The notes beneath the pieces are model-generated. The model was given only the letters and a program-made list of their open reading frames with translations. It had not been told where the DNA came from and did no database searches. Both the position numbers and the translations under genes were made by a program. 64,000 nucleotides of DNA from contig CATNEN010000039.1 in assembly GCA_950097015.1 (NCBI GenBank), forward strand, positions 12,090,001-12,154,000. Direction: 5' to 3'. The stretch is from Macrostomum hystrix. Taxonomy: Eukaryota > Animalia > Platyhelminthes. Positions 37,101-48,312 of this stretch are shown piece after piece. Within the stretch, counting starts at the first letter, position 1; each line of letters begins with the position of its first letter.

Positions 37101-40100
37101 AACAGGGGGGTAGGTAAGTGGCGTCCACTCCACGCTCCTGCAAGTCTTTGTCCCCGTCTCCGGATATGCATGCAATCAGTGGAGGTCAACCTCCAGAAAG
37201 AAAATAAGAAGAAGGAATTTCGCAACAGTCCATATCACACTCACCCGTCCAGACATCTCCGGTCAGCACCATCCGGACGGTGTGCTACCGGCCAAGCGGG
37301 GTCGCCTCGTGACGTTCTACCGCAACGGAGATCCGCACTACAAAGGCCTCAGCGCCTCCATCAGTCAGCGCGCCTTCGTCAGCATGGAGTCGCTTTTGGT
37401 TTGGCTTAACGAAAAAATTCCCACTACAGCCGGCGTTCAGCACGTGTTTCGCCTGCCCGACGGTCGGCTAATGCGCGACGTTGGCGAGTTCCAGCCTGGC
37501 TGCCAGTACGTGGTATCCAGCGTGCAGAAGCTTATTCGCAACGTCGATTACGGCGGCAAGGGCGCCAATCCGTGGCGCAGCAAAAAAACCAGCGCCAAGG
37601 CTGGCAACATCACCCGGGCTGACATTCGCCTAATACGCGACGCCAAAGGATTCACTGACGAGAACGAAGCACAGAGCCTAGGCACGGCATCCAGCAAGAA
37701 GGGCACCCCGGCACCGGCTGGCAGGCTGCCTAAGACCCGCGTCATCACCGTCATCAGCAACTCGCATCGAAGCTCGCGCGAGAAGGTCCTGGTTAATCCC
37801 AGTACAATGCAGAACTTCGAAGACATGCTGCTCGACTTCACTAACCTGTTGGTGATGTCGAAGCCGCCAGTGCAGACTCTCTACACTTCTAGGCCACCTT
37901 ATAAAAGGGTGAGCATACAATTTGATCACTCGGGTCTTGTCCTGAGCTTGGTCTTGTTTGTTGCAACTCTCTAGCTTGGTATATTGACATCTTGCGCAAC
38001 GTAAGAACCTAATTTACAACAACTCAATAATCGCTCAGGTGTGCAGCTTCTCGCAACTATTTCGTGACTTCAAAGATCACGATACTTTCATCGCTTGCGG
38101 TCGCGAGTTCGCGCCATCTGAGCTGGGCAACAAGCGCGAGGCACCACCGAGCAGCAATTCTTCGGAGGACGCCCTGCGCGGCGTCGGCGGAGGCGGCGTC
38201 GGCGTACCCGCCGGCGCCAACGGCATGGAATTCGTTGAAACGCCCCCCGAATTGGATCACCGGAAGCCCCGGAAACAAATCCGCAGGGCTGAGGACAGGT
38301 ATCAGGGTGAGTTCCCAGCCCTAAAGGTGTAATAAATTTTGGCCTGGACAATGTCACACAACGCATTAGTGGCCCTCGAACAGAAAGCAATCAACATGAT
38401 AACGTTCGCTTTTCTGTGACTCTATCGAAGCAAAGCTTTAGGGAAATAGTCAATAGAATTAAAACAGCAGACAAACTCATCGCACGCAAAGCAGCCGTGG
38501 CTCCAAGCCGTATGGGCCGCCGCGGCCGCTCTCTGCGTCTTCTTGAGCAGGAACAGCAGATTCTAGCCAGGCGCCGTCGAGCCACCGCCTCCGGGCACCT
38601 GGCAGACACAGACAGCAGCCTGATTTCCGAGGACACCGACGGTCATGATTGGCGCACTCAGCCGGGATTTCGTTCCTCCGCTGGCGTCTTCATCACTGAG
38701 GTGCAGCCACCGGACTTTAGTCGGCTATCGGAGGACGCCAAGAGAAGTGAGCTTTCTGCGGCATTAAAACTCGTCTGGTTGGTGGTTGAGTACAAAAGTA
38801 GAGACGGCTGTTGTGGAGTTGGTGGTAAAGAGTTCTCAACGATAGGGGAGGGCCGGTGTGAGGTTGGTGGTAGAGAGTACTCAACGATAGTAGTATACAA
38901 AAATGACACAACCGCGTTTTTCCTATGGCGAAATACATAGGAAGTACCGCATAGGAAATTCCTACACATTTGACACAAACGCACCAAAAACTTTTTAAGT
39001 CCTAGCTCGCACGAAGCATTTTCTATGTCAAAGTCTCTCTCTTTCTCTCTCTGTCCTTGACATGTTGTTTAAAAAATTCCAAGTCGAAACTAACTGCTCA
39101 TTTTGTGTCCAGCCAAGAGTTCAAAGACGGGCATGTTGAATCAGTTTCATTTAAAGTTGCCACGAAAAGATTCGTTCAGCCAATCTACTGCTGCGAACCT
39201 GTGTCCATCTGAAAGTGAAGTTGTCTCGTCCAAAGTCAGCAGACAGTGAGAGTATCGAAACAATTTCCGCCTGCTTTAACACGAATTTGGCGACAATAAC
39301 ATTTGACGAGACGACAATGGCAAACAGTGACTTGATTCTATCACCAGACGCATTCAATGACTGGTTTTCGCGTGTAATCTCCACTCTAGTGGAAATTGAC
39401 AACTTCCAAACTCGCGGAAGTAACTGGCAATTTGAGCACATTGAACAACTTGATCTAATGCTATGCATTTACCGCAAATCCAGAGCTCGGTCAATCAATT
39501 CAACCGAGTTTGGAGCTGGCGGGGGGCCCGCCACGGCGGGCGTGCGGGGGGGGCGCGCGGGGGGGTCCGATCCGATCCGATCCGATCCGAGATCTTCGAA
39601 GTTCTGCATTGTGCTGGGATTAACCAGGACCTTCTCGCGCGAGCTTCGATGCGAGTTGCTGATGACGGTGGTGACGCGGGTCTTAGGCAGCCTGCCAGCC
39701 GATGCCGGGGTGCCATTCTTGCTGGATGCCGTGCCTAGGCTCTGTGCTTCGTTCTCGTCAGTGAATCCTTTGGCGTCGCGTATTAGGCGAATGTCAGCCC
39801 GGGTGATGTTGCCAGATCCGAGATCCAAGAGCTAATCAGTTGGATTGTTTTCGTTATGCTATTATCGCGAGTGTGTTTTATCCTTACACAAAAAGGATCC
39901 TTACGCGCTATAAAAGTTTTACGGCGACTTGAAACGATTGCTAGTGAAATTTGTCTACATGCACAATGTGATTCCTACACTCCACTTTTGCGCAAGTATT
40001 TCCATCTAAACAAGTCCAAGGCAGAGAATGCAGCGTGTTAATTGTGCAAGAAATAATTTGAAGAGGATGAAAAGACGGTACTTGTCATTGCCAGAAAAAA

Positions 40101-43100
40101 ATTATGAAGTTTTTTCTGGATCCAAGGTTCAACTTCATGTGCTACCTGAGAATCGCGAGCGATTCAATACATTTTCACTAAAGTTTCTTGTGGCTAAAGG
40201 CTGCTGATCAGACTCACAAATTTGAAAATTGCTTCAAAGACACGTTTGCCTACTTGTCAAGAAGCATGTCAACATTGGCAGATCGTCTTCTTCCAGAACA
40301 GCTGGTACACACACTAATGAATATGCATCCGAGGTTCAAGTTTTCAACTCTTCGTCAAAAGGGTGTTTATCCCTATTCGTGAGGAAAAGCTGGATAGTGT
40401 GACAAGTCTTCCACCCAAGGCATGCTTTTTCAACAAGCTCACGATGTCAGATTGCTTAGATGTGGACTATGACCGAGCTCGTGCAGCATGGTCCGAGTTT
40501 GACTGCAAAAACCTTAGAGACTATACAACCGCCTATCTTCAACTTGATGTTTTGCTCCTGTGCGATGTCTTTGAAAACTTTCGTCAGACAGCACAGCGAG
40601 GCCGTCCGACAGCACAGCGAGGCCGTCAGACAGCACAGCGAGGCCGTCAGACAGCACAGCGAGGCCGTCAGACAGCACAGCGAGGCCGTCAGACAGCACA
40701 GCGAGGCCGTCAGACAGCACAGCGAGGCCGTCAGACAGCACAGCGAGGCCGTCAGACAGCACAGCGAGGCCGTCCGACAGCACAGCGAGGCCGTCAGACA
40801 GCACAGCGAGGCCGTCAGACAGCACAGCGAGGCCGTCAGACAGCACAGCGAGGCCGTCAGACAGCACAGCGAGGCCGTCTTCTTGGGTGTATTCCCCCAA
40901 GATTTTGTATTAAGTATTAAGCATCTTCCACTTGATGAAAAGGAATATTTTTATTGTAAACACAGACACTTCTAATCTACCTGGAAAACATTGGGTTTGT
41001 GTTTGGGAGCATGGAAATACGAGCTACGTCCTATGCAGGTCGACCCTCGAAGTGGTAGCTGCGGCTTTTGGGTTATATTTTATGTCTTTTATAAATTAGT
41101 TGGTACGACAATATTTCAGCATGTGTGATATGCTACCGCGTGCAGAATCAAATAAAAATTTCTGGTTCAACAAAAAGCTTCGTACCTAATCTGATGAGCG
41201 AAACAGAAACAATAATTTGTGATAGAATGTTTTGTCAAGTTAGTGTAGCAATGAAACTGATTCAACATGCCTATTTCAGAATGGCACCGTGTCTCTGAAT
41301 TCTTGGCTGGACACTAAATGTGCAGATAGTTTGACTTTGTAATTTTTTAAGCAACATGCCAATGACAGAGAGAGAGTAAGAGAGAATTTGACATAGAAAA
41401 TGCTTCGTGCGAGCTAGGACTTAGAAAGTTTTGGTGCGTTTGTGTCAAATGTATAGGATTTTCCTATGCGGCACTTCCTATGTATTTCGCCATAAGATCA
41501 AAACGCGGTTGTGTCATTTTTTTCTATACTACTATCGATAGGGGAGGGCTGGTGTGACGTTTGTGGTAGACAGTACAGTACTCAATAATGGGGGTGGGCA
41601 GTTGTGAGATTAGATGTTACAAAATTAGGGGAGAGCTCTGATATTGGCGGTAGAAATTACTCAAGAGGAGATAACTGGTGCGATGTAAATGAGTACTTAA
41701 ACACGGTGAGTGAAAAAAGAAAGAAGTTTTGACTGTAGATAGTGTGGTGAGATCGAGGGAAACATCCTATTTCCTAGTTCACCCGTACGTCTCCACCATT
41801 TCAGAAATGTTCTCCCAACCGAAGCGAAGGTGGCTGCCTTCGTTCAAAGGTCCAAACGAGTTGGCGCCCAAGTACAAGCGGATGGTGAATCCACCTTCTC
41901 GGCGGAGGATGGAGCAGCAGCAGGAGCAGCAACAAAAGCACCGAAAATTTTCCATCAAAGTTCTGGCTAAGGGGCGACTGCAACCGGGCTATCGAACTCA
42001 GGGCACCCAGACTCCCAAGAGGCTGCTCTCAGCTGTGGTTCCTCCGCGTCCCGTCATCGTGGTCCGACGAGAAATCGTGCAGCCATCACCTAAACCCCAA
42101 CTAAAGCTTAAAAAGGACGCTCAGCAGAAACCCACGCAGAAACAGCAGCAGCAGCAGCAGCAGCAAAGCCAATCACTCAAGCTGGCCTTGGCAGCGCTTC
42201 AAAGACTGCAGCAGGCTCACGAGTCTGACACTGGCTACGACACCAACGACGCTGTGGAAGCCAAGCATCCAGAGCCGCTGGAGGACTCGAAGAAACAAGA
42301 AAAACTGCCACAGAAGCAACAACAGCAGCAGCAGCAACAGAAACAGCAACAAGAACAGCAGCAGCAGCGTCAACCGTCGCCCAGTCAACGCCCAAAGAGT
42401 GCCTCTCCTGCATCGCCAAGTCAGTTTTAAAGGCTCGCTTATCAAGCCTACTCGAAGATGCAATTGCTTCGCTGGATCGGATCAAAGTAGAAGTTAACTT
42501 TAACGAAACTAATCAACAAGAAAAATTTGTTCAAACTAAAGTTATGATTAAAATACGAGCTATAACAAAATACTATCGCACCTAATGTACGCTAATTGCT
42601 AACAAAACGCGCGCTTAAAAAGTAAAACTTTATGATGTTAGTCATAATTAAAAAATTCAACTTTAATGTCGCCTAACATTTTGCTTGGCTTAAAAAGTTT
42701 AAACACTTTTTTGAGTCGCAAGAGATGAGCTAAAAACTAAACATAAAAATTCTCAGATTTGGACACGAATCGAACTACAAGAACTGCAGCTCGACCTCCG
42801 CCTGTGCCCATCAGTGTGCCCATTCGAGGACGCAGAATGAGTGAGCTATGTTTTATTTCATTCAATGGATTTGATAAGATGTCTGTACGCTCGTATATAA
42901 AAGACACGAGAACTTCGGAATAACCATCCTAGCGTTCTACGCACCGACCGTGCGGGAGACTCAGCACCGACAGCCGCCGGAGCAAGCCCTGCGCCTCGAC
43001 TGGGTCTACGGCTTCACTGGAGGCGACTCGGCAGCGACTGGCGGAGCGGCAGACGGTTTATTGCATGCCCTGCCTACCGGCGAGCTTGTTTACGCAGTGG

Positions 43101-46100
43101 CCAACACCGCAGTCGTGTTCGACCCGGAGGCCCATCGGCAGAGACACTATACGGAGCACACCGGCCCCATTGTGTCGTGAGCGGCGACCTATATTAAATT
43201 GACCCTACCAGTAAAAAAATCAAGGTCAATTTTTTGTATGTGGAAGGAGTCAATCAATAGATTAATGTGACAATTAATTCATAGACAAACGGACAAACAG
43301 CAGTTTTTTTTATTCGGATGCTATTTCGAGGCTTAAAATATGAACGCTTTGCCCGGGGAAGACACTATTGTGACTGCAGGTAAGCACATTCATATAAAGC
43401 CTCTGAGATATACTATGCCCAATAACCCTGTCGCACTCAGCATGGACGTTCATCCGACAAAGAGTGTCATTGTGACTGGTCAACGCTCGGTGCCTGAGCT
43501 TCGTGTCGATGCCCAGTTGCGCGTTTGGGACGCCGAAGGTCTTGGCACCTTCGTGGTTCTCGGCGACGCTGACCTCTTCCAGAGCTGTGTCACCTCGCTA
43601 AGCTTCTCGGTGGAGAGCCAGGGTGCCTACCTACTAGCGTTGGACGGCTTGGCCAATGGTCACCGCCAGACGATGTTTGTCTTCGACTGGCAGACGCGAC
43701 GCCTTGTTGCTAAGACCAAGACTAGTCGCGAACCGGTACGTCGGGCCGTCTTTCATCCCGACGACGATTCGAGTCTGGTAAGCTATGGCAAGCGCCACGT
43801 GCACTTCTGGCGCATCTTCCAGGAAGAGGACGGACGGAGTCGCATCTTGCGCGACAAGAAGAGCGGCATATTCGAGTCCAGCCCGCCCGACGACGTGTTG
43901 TCGCTCAGCTTCGATTTGGTTGGCAACGCTGTCACTGGTGACTCTAGCGGCTGCCTGCAGCTGTGGGTGCGCGACGAAGAGGATGCATTCGTCCTGCGCT
44001 CGCTGGACCATCTGCAGCGGTCGCATCGGGTGAGCTTCAAGAAGTTGTAACGTAAAATAATATAAAAGATGAGACACCAGATGTAGAACCACTAACCATT
44101 ATTCCTTAATGCAGAGTCAGCACGATGTCGATTTTTTAAAACATTTTCAGGGCCCAATAACGTGCCTTCGAATCCTGGGGGATGGCACGCTACTGTCAAC
44201 CTCTGGATCCTGCATCAGAGCATGGGACACTCTGAACGACTACAGCCTGGTTAAGGAGAGAATCGTAAGTAGCTCGTAATATTGCTCTTTTGTGCACGCA
44301 ACGATCTTCACGGTTCTAAAAGGAAGTTTGCTTTTATGATGAGTTTTATAGCTGCAGATAAGAATTTTATGGCTGTTTTTTTAGTGCGTAAAAGTGCTGT
44401 ATCTACGAGCTTAATATTAAGCATGTGTAGAGAGCACATGTTAAAGCCATCTGCTTTATATCATTAAAAAAGACATAAACTTGACAGTATTACAGCTGTC
44501 AACTTCACAGTTGACATTAAAACATCTTAAACTTAAAGTATAGGATGTTTTAACAGCTTACTAACAGTAGCAAGAAGCGAGAATTCAATAAGAAACTATA
44601 ACAGTACATTTGCGACATTGGCTACTAAAATAGTAGCTCTGAGACATTACAAGTCGTAAAAAACGGGCGCTCTCCGCCCTCTACCCGCAGCTGAATGAGT
44701 CCACTGAGAATCTCGTAGCTGTGGCCGTCAAGAGTCCTCGAAGCTCCGACGGCCGGTTGGTGGTTGCCACCTCCAGCAACAGCCTGCTGGAGGGCTCAAT
44801 GCAAGACAGGTTCAACTGCATCGTCCAGGGCCACTCGCTCGGCGGAGAGCCAGACATCAACGCAGCTGTCTCGGTGGCGACGCATCCGCGCGAGCACTCC
44901 ATTGTGACCTGCGCCGGCGACCGCGGCGTCTGCAAATGGTCGACGCTGCATCGTAGGCTGCTCTGGCGCACCTCTGTGGAGGTGCCGTGCACCTGCGCCT
45001 GCTATCATCCCCGCGGACACCTGATAGGTATTGGCACTAGCGCCGGTCGGTTTATTGTCTTGCACAGCGAGTCGGGAGCACACGCCCTGTCATCGCAGGT
45101 TGTGCCGTCGGATCACTCAGGTGAGCTCAATTATAGAATGCGGTCTCACTTGTACTGGGCTAAAGCGTTCGCTTTCTAGGGTTCGATGCGAGCGTGCTTT
45201 AAAATCGTAGCAATATACTGCACTGATTATTATGGCTCAAGAACGGAAAGACAGGAGAGAAGTAGTACAAGCACATTTTGCACGAATTGTGTGTTCAGTA
45301 AATTCTACAAGCATCTCGAGCCGTTAATCCTAGTTGATCCATTGAACAATCCTCATCTGCACCGCATTCTCCTAACAACTCGCATTGCAGCCAAGCAGCT
45401 GAGGTCGGCAGCATTCAGCCCCGGTAAGTGCGGCTCACGGATATGATAAACTGGGATTTAAGGATGAATCTGTGAGGCTGTGAGCCCCGATTAGCATTAG
45501 AAAGACAGAGAAGAAGCAAAAAACGAAGGAATTAAATCTAGCCTCATCTGGGATTTGTTTGCAACCCCCGACGCCAGATTCGGCAATCAAGTTCGAGCAT
45601 ACACCCTCCCACTGCTGTCGGCAGGCTTGCAATAAGCGAATCCAATTTAGAAGTTTGGACTTTAAAAACCCGGGCTCCCCAGGAGAGGATAAATCGAATG
45701 AGGAAGGCTCAGGCAGAGATTTAGAAGAAACGAGAGTGAGAAGTTTTAGCAAGTGGAAGGAGGTAATGAACAGAGTGAGTGACGAGTGTGGATGCTAAAG
45801 ACAAGTTCTGGTCCTTATATGACCCCGCAAATTGAACCGAAATTGCTGGGCCAGCGGAGAACAGACGCTCCCAACCACAAAGTCAATTAGGACCTTGGAA
45901 ATTTCCCCCTCTGCTCCGTCACAAAAAGTACTCGCCGCCCCGTCTTGTTGGCTCTCCATCTGGCCCGTTTGTCCAGTTCTTTTTAACTGGGATATTTAGG
46001 AAATCGTGAACGAAAAGGGAGTTTTGTGCGTTATTGTAATGGGATTTTCCCCCAATCCGATCATCATAATCCAAAATACTCTAAAACCCCTTTATATATA

Positions 46101-47293
46101 CCCTACCCCATACACCGACACCTAATATCCCCAACCCTGCACACCAACCCATCCAGCCCCACCCCACCTCCCACGTCGACCAATCAGCGCGCTGCATTAG
46201 GGGGGACACGCTACTACTCACATTGCGTTGAACCATAAAAAATCATGAGCCCACATCAATAGCAATTGTATCTCTGATCAGACGGCTTAACTAGATGACT
46301 AACCTTGAGGCTGCAGTTGAACGCATTATCAATCTCAAAATTTAAGAAATTTCTATATAGGAAAATACATGGATTATACATTTGGCCCAAATTTATTCAT
46401 CGTCTTTTTAGACGGTAATCTTTTGGCCATTGGTGCGGAGGACGGCAGCGCGTACTTGTACAGCGTTGAGGAGAACGGACTGATGTACCGGCGGTACCGC
46501 GAGGGCTCCTTAAAGGGCCACTCGGCGCCTATTGTCTGTCTGGACTGGGCTGCCGACGCGTCGGTGCTGCGAACCCAGTCGGTGGATTTGGTCACCAAGC
46601 TGTGTAAGAAAGCACGATTTTGAAATGGAATCTATAACTTTTGTCTGTTCAAAGAGATCAGTACCAATTTCGAAGGGGGTTCGCATTGTTAATATAGATA
46701 CATAGTTGGGCCACAGGTGTAGACAGTTGCAAAGTTTCAGCTATTTGAAGGTGCTTTTGAAGGCTGTGTACAGCTTTTCAGTCTGAGATTGGAGGCCGCC
46801 GCCGCATCGGGTGGCAACTTTTATTACTTGATTTTTTCCCAGGGTCGATGAGCTCGCTGACGCAGGTGTCACAGGAGGACGTCAGCGATGTCCGATTCGC
46901 CACTGAAACCTGCTATCTGAGCTACGGGCACGCGGCAGCATGGCAGCCGTACGTGGGCACTGACAGGGGCTTGCTGTGTGCTGCTCGGTCCAGCACAGCC
47001 GACAAGCTGTGCGTTGGCGACGACAACGGACACCTGACGCTCTACCGGTTCCCAGCCCATCCAGAACAGGTCAGACCCGCTTCGAGCGAATGTAGCAGTT
47101 TCCACATTAGGTAGTTATTTTGTAACGTTCGACTTTTTAAAAATTGCTACAGGCTCAGGGCATCAGCACTCCAGCCCACGTGCGCTCACTGCACAGCGTG
47201 GCTTTCATCTTCGACGATTCGGCTGTGATTAGCTCCGGCCGCGGCGGGCCCCTCATCATGCAGTGGTCGCTGATCGACTCCGGATTCAAGTGA
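31189..47293 (+). CDS. Doublecortin-domain EMAP-like microtubule-associated protein (DCX-EMAP architecture: 2 DCX + HELP + WD40)
   Basis: Approximate exons: 31189-31350, 31943-32131, 33919-33960, 34148-34415, 37253-37908, 38039-38306, 38495-38746, 41778-42419, 42757-42840, 42933-43176, 43441-44029, 44151-44264, 44691-45121, 45390-45423, 46412-46603, 46842-47069, 47153-47293; phases consistent. DCX motifs TFYRNGDPHYKG...YVVSS...VDY and FIACGRE; HELP motif IRGRR.TFYAP...LRLDWVYGF; EML WD40 motifs QRHYTEH, FHP.D...LVSYGKRHVHFW, GHS..I..LDW, VGDDNG.L.LYRFP, IMQW. The most 5' exons are less certain. Confidence 0.85.
31765..31845 (-). mobile_element. SINE fragment (same family as 7117-7447)
   Basis: Reverse complement shares catttggggcgcagccgcggagaga with the 7117 copy. 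Confidence 0.55.
32317..32360 (+). mobile_element. hAT/Charlie-type DNA transposon terminal fragment
   Basis: cacgggtcggcaaactccggcccgcgggccagatgcggccctcg resembles the stereotyped hAT-Charlie MITE end; no partner end found. Confidence 0.4.
34627..34640. promoter_or_regulatory. Perfect palindromic RFX X-box in a DCX-EMAP intron
   Basis: GTTGCCATGGCAAC. Confidence 0.6.
36020..36117. repeat. 14-bp minisatellite (agttcttaactctt)n
   Basis: Direct tandem copies. Confidence 0.9.
39206..40590 (+). pseudogene. Polinton protein-primed DNA polymerase B remnants
   Basis: NFQTRGSNWQFEHIEQLDL (GSGW-like N-terminal motif); KGVYPY, T.LPPK..FFNKL...DY..A...W..F.CKNL.DY...YL.LDVLLL.DVFENFR (exonuclease region); stops and frameshifts present. 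Confidence 0.8.
39593..39815 (-). repeat. Inverted 223-bp copy of host exon segment 37601-37823
   Basis: Reverse complement encodes GNITRADIRLIRDAKG...NPSTMQNFED; four substitutions noticed relative to the exon. Confidence 0.95.
40582..40879. repeat. 21-bp minisatellite (cgtcagacagcacagcgaggc)n inside the Polinton
   Basis: About 14 direct copies at the pPolB/protease junction. Confidence 0.95.
40879..41100 (+). pseudogene. Polinton adenain-type cysteine protease remnant
   Basis: FLGVFPQD, frameshifted FIVNTDTSNLPGKHWV, then Q...SGSCGFWVIFY. Confidence 0.75.
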
Positions 47294-48312
47294 TTTTCTT
47301 TACAATTCATCTACCAACATGATATTGTTTATAATTACAATTGTTTCCTCTGCTTGATATTGATTATAAAACCACATTATTTATTTAATTTTGTACTTAG
47401 TGTTCTCGTGTTGACAGCGCTCGATGTTTCTCGATGACATCGCAGCCAAAATCTGCAGCCAAACGAAGAGATTGCACACCGAGTTAAGTAAAGCGAGAAA
47501 TGGTTGCATATTCTTCTCACATTTTTCTTTTTGTAATTAGTTTTTAACCTGTCACAAGGAAAAGCGAATCAATTTAATGACCAGCATGATCAATTTGTTA
47601 AAAGTATTGCTGCTCTACCAGACCCAATCAGCTTCGTGGGCATTGTTGCTTAAGGCTAATATATATTCCTTCGAACAGCCACAAAAAATACGTTTTGATT
47701 TTTGTTTTCTTCGGGAAAACTTTTTATTGAAAGAAATAAATTTGATTAGGAAATCCTCTATTTTTACCGGAGTTTGCTAACTAAGCAAATCAGAATGTGT
47801 TGGCATGCTTGTTTATTTCTTGACTTGCGGTTGTTAATGAGGTGATAGTGTAGCTCTTAGCACACGTACCCCACCATGGTACTTTTTCATTTCAAATGAA
47901 GCTATTTTCCACTGTGCAAATGAGGCAATGTCACAGCCGACCACCAAGGAAGCGGGCTTCTGGTTATCGTGGACCATGACTCAAACCAATTAAGGTCAGA
48001 TCTTCATGGCTATGGCCATAGACTATTAATTCGCTTCGATAACACACGAAATATATACAAGGACTACAAAAAAGCATTTTTCATTTCCAGAGCGCACTAT
48101 AAGATGGGCATCTAACACGTCACTCGAGGGGGTCTTACTCGCTAGTTACCTTCTGTACCTACAACTATATATATTAACACACATATAGTTTATGTGCCAA
48201 GCTCGAGTGTTAAAGTCGGCATCGGGTGCTCGTCTGGACGGCTCGTTAATAAAAAGAATATATTAACACCCGATTCAGTTAGGTCGTTCATCGCCACTGC
48301 TCTGTTCTCAGC

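Larger units (their letters stand above)
38889..41533 (+). mobile_element. Internally deleted Polinton/Maverick element in a DCX-EMAP intron
   Basis: AGTAGT...ACTACT termini, diverged TIRs of about 260-280 bp (38889-39150 and 41251-41533), 6-bp TSD aacgat/atcgat, pPolB and adenain-like protease remnants inside. Confidence 0.85.

Noticed and set aside
39469-39828. Second DCX gene on the minus strand
   Set aside because: Only a 223-bp exon fragment without splice sites or flanking exons; treated as an inverted duplication.
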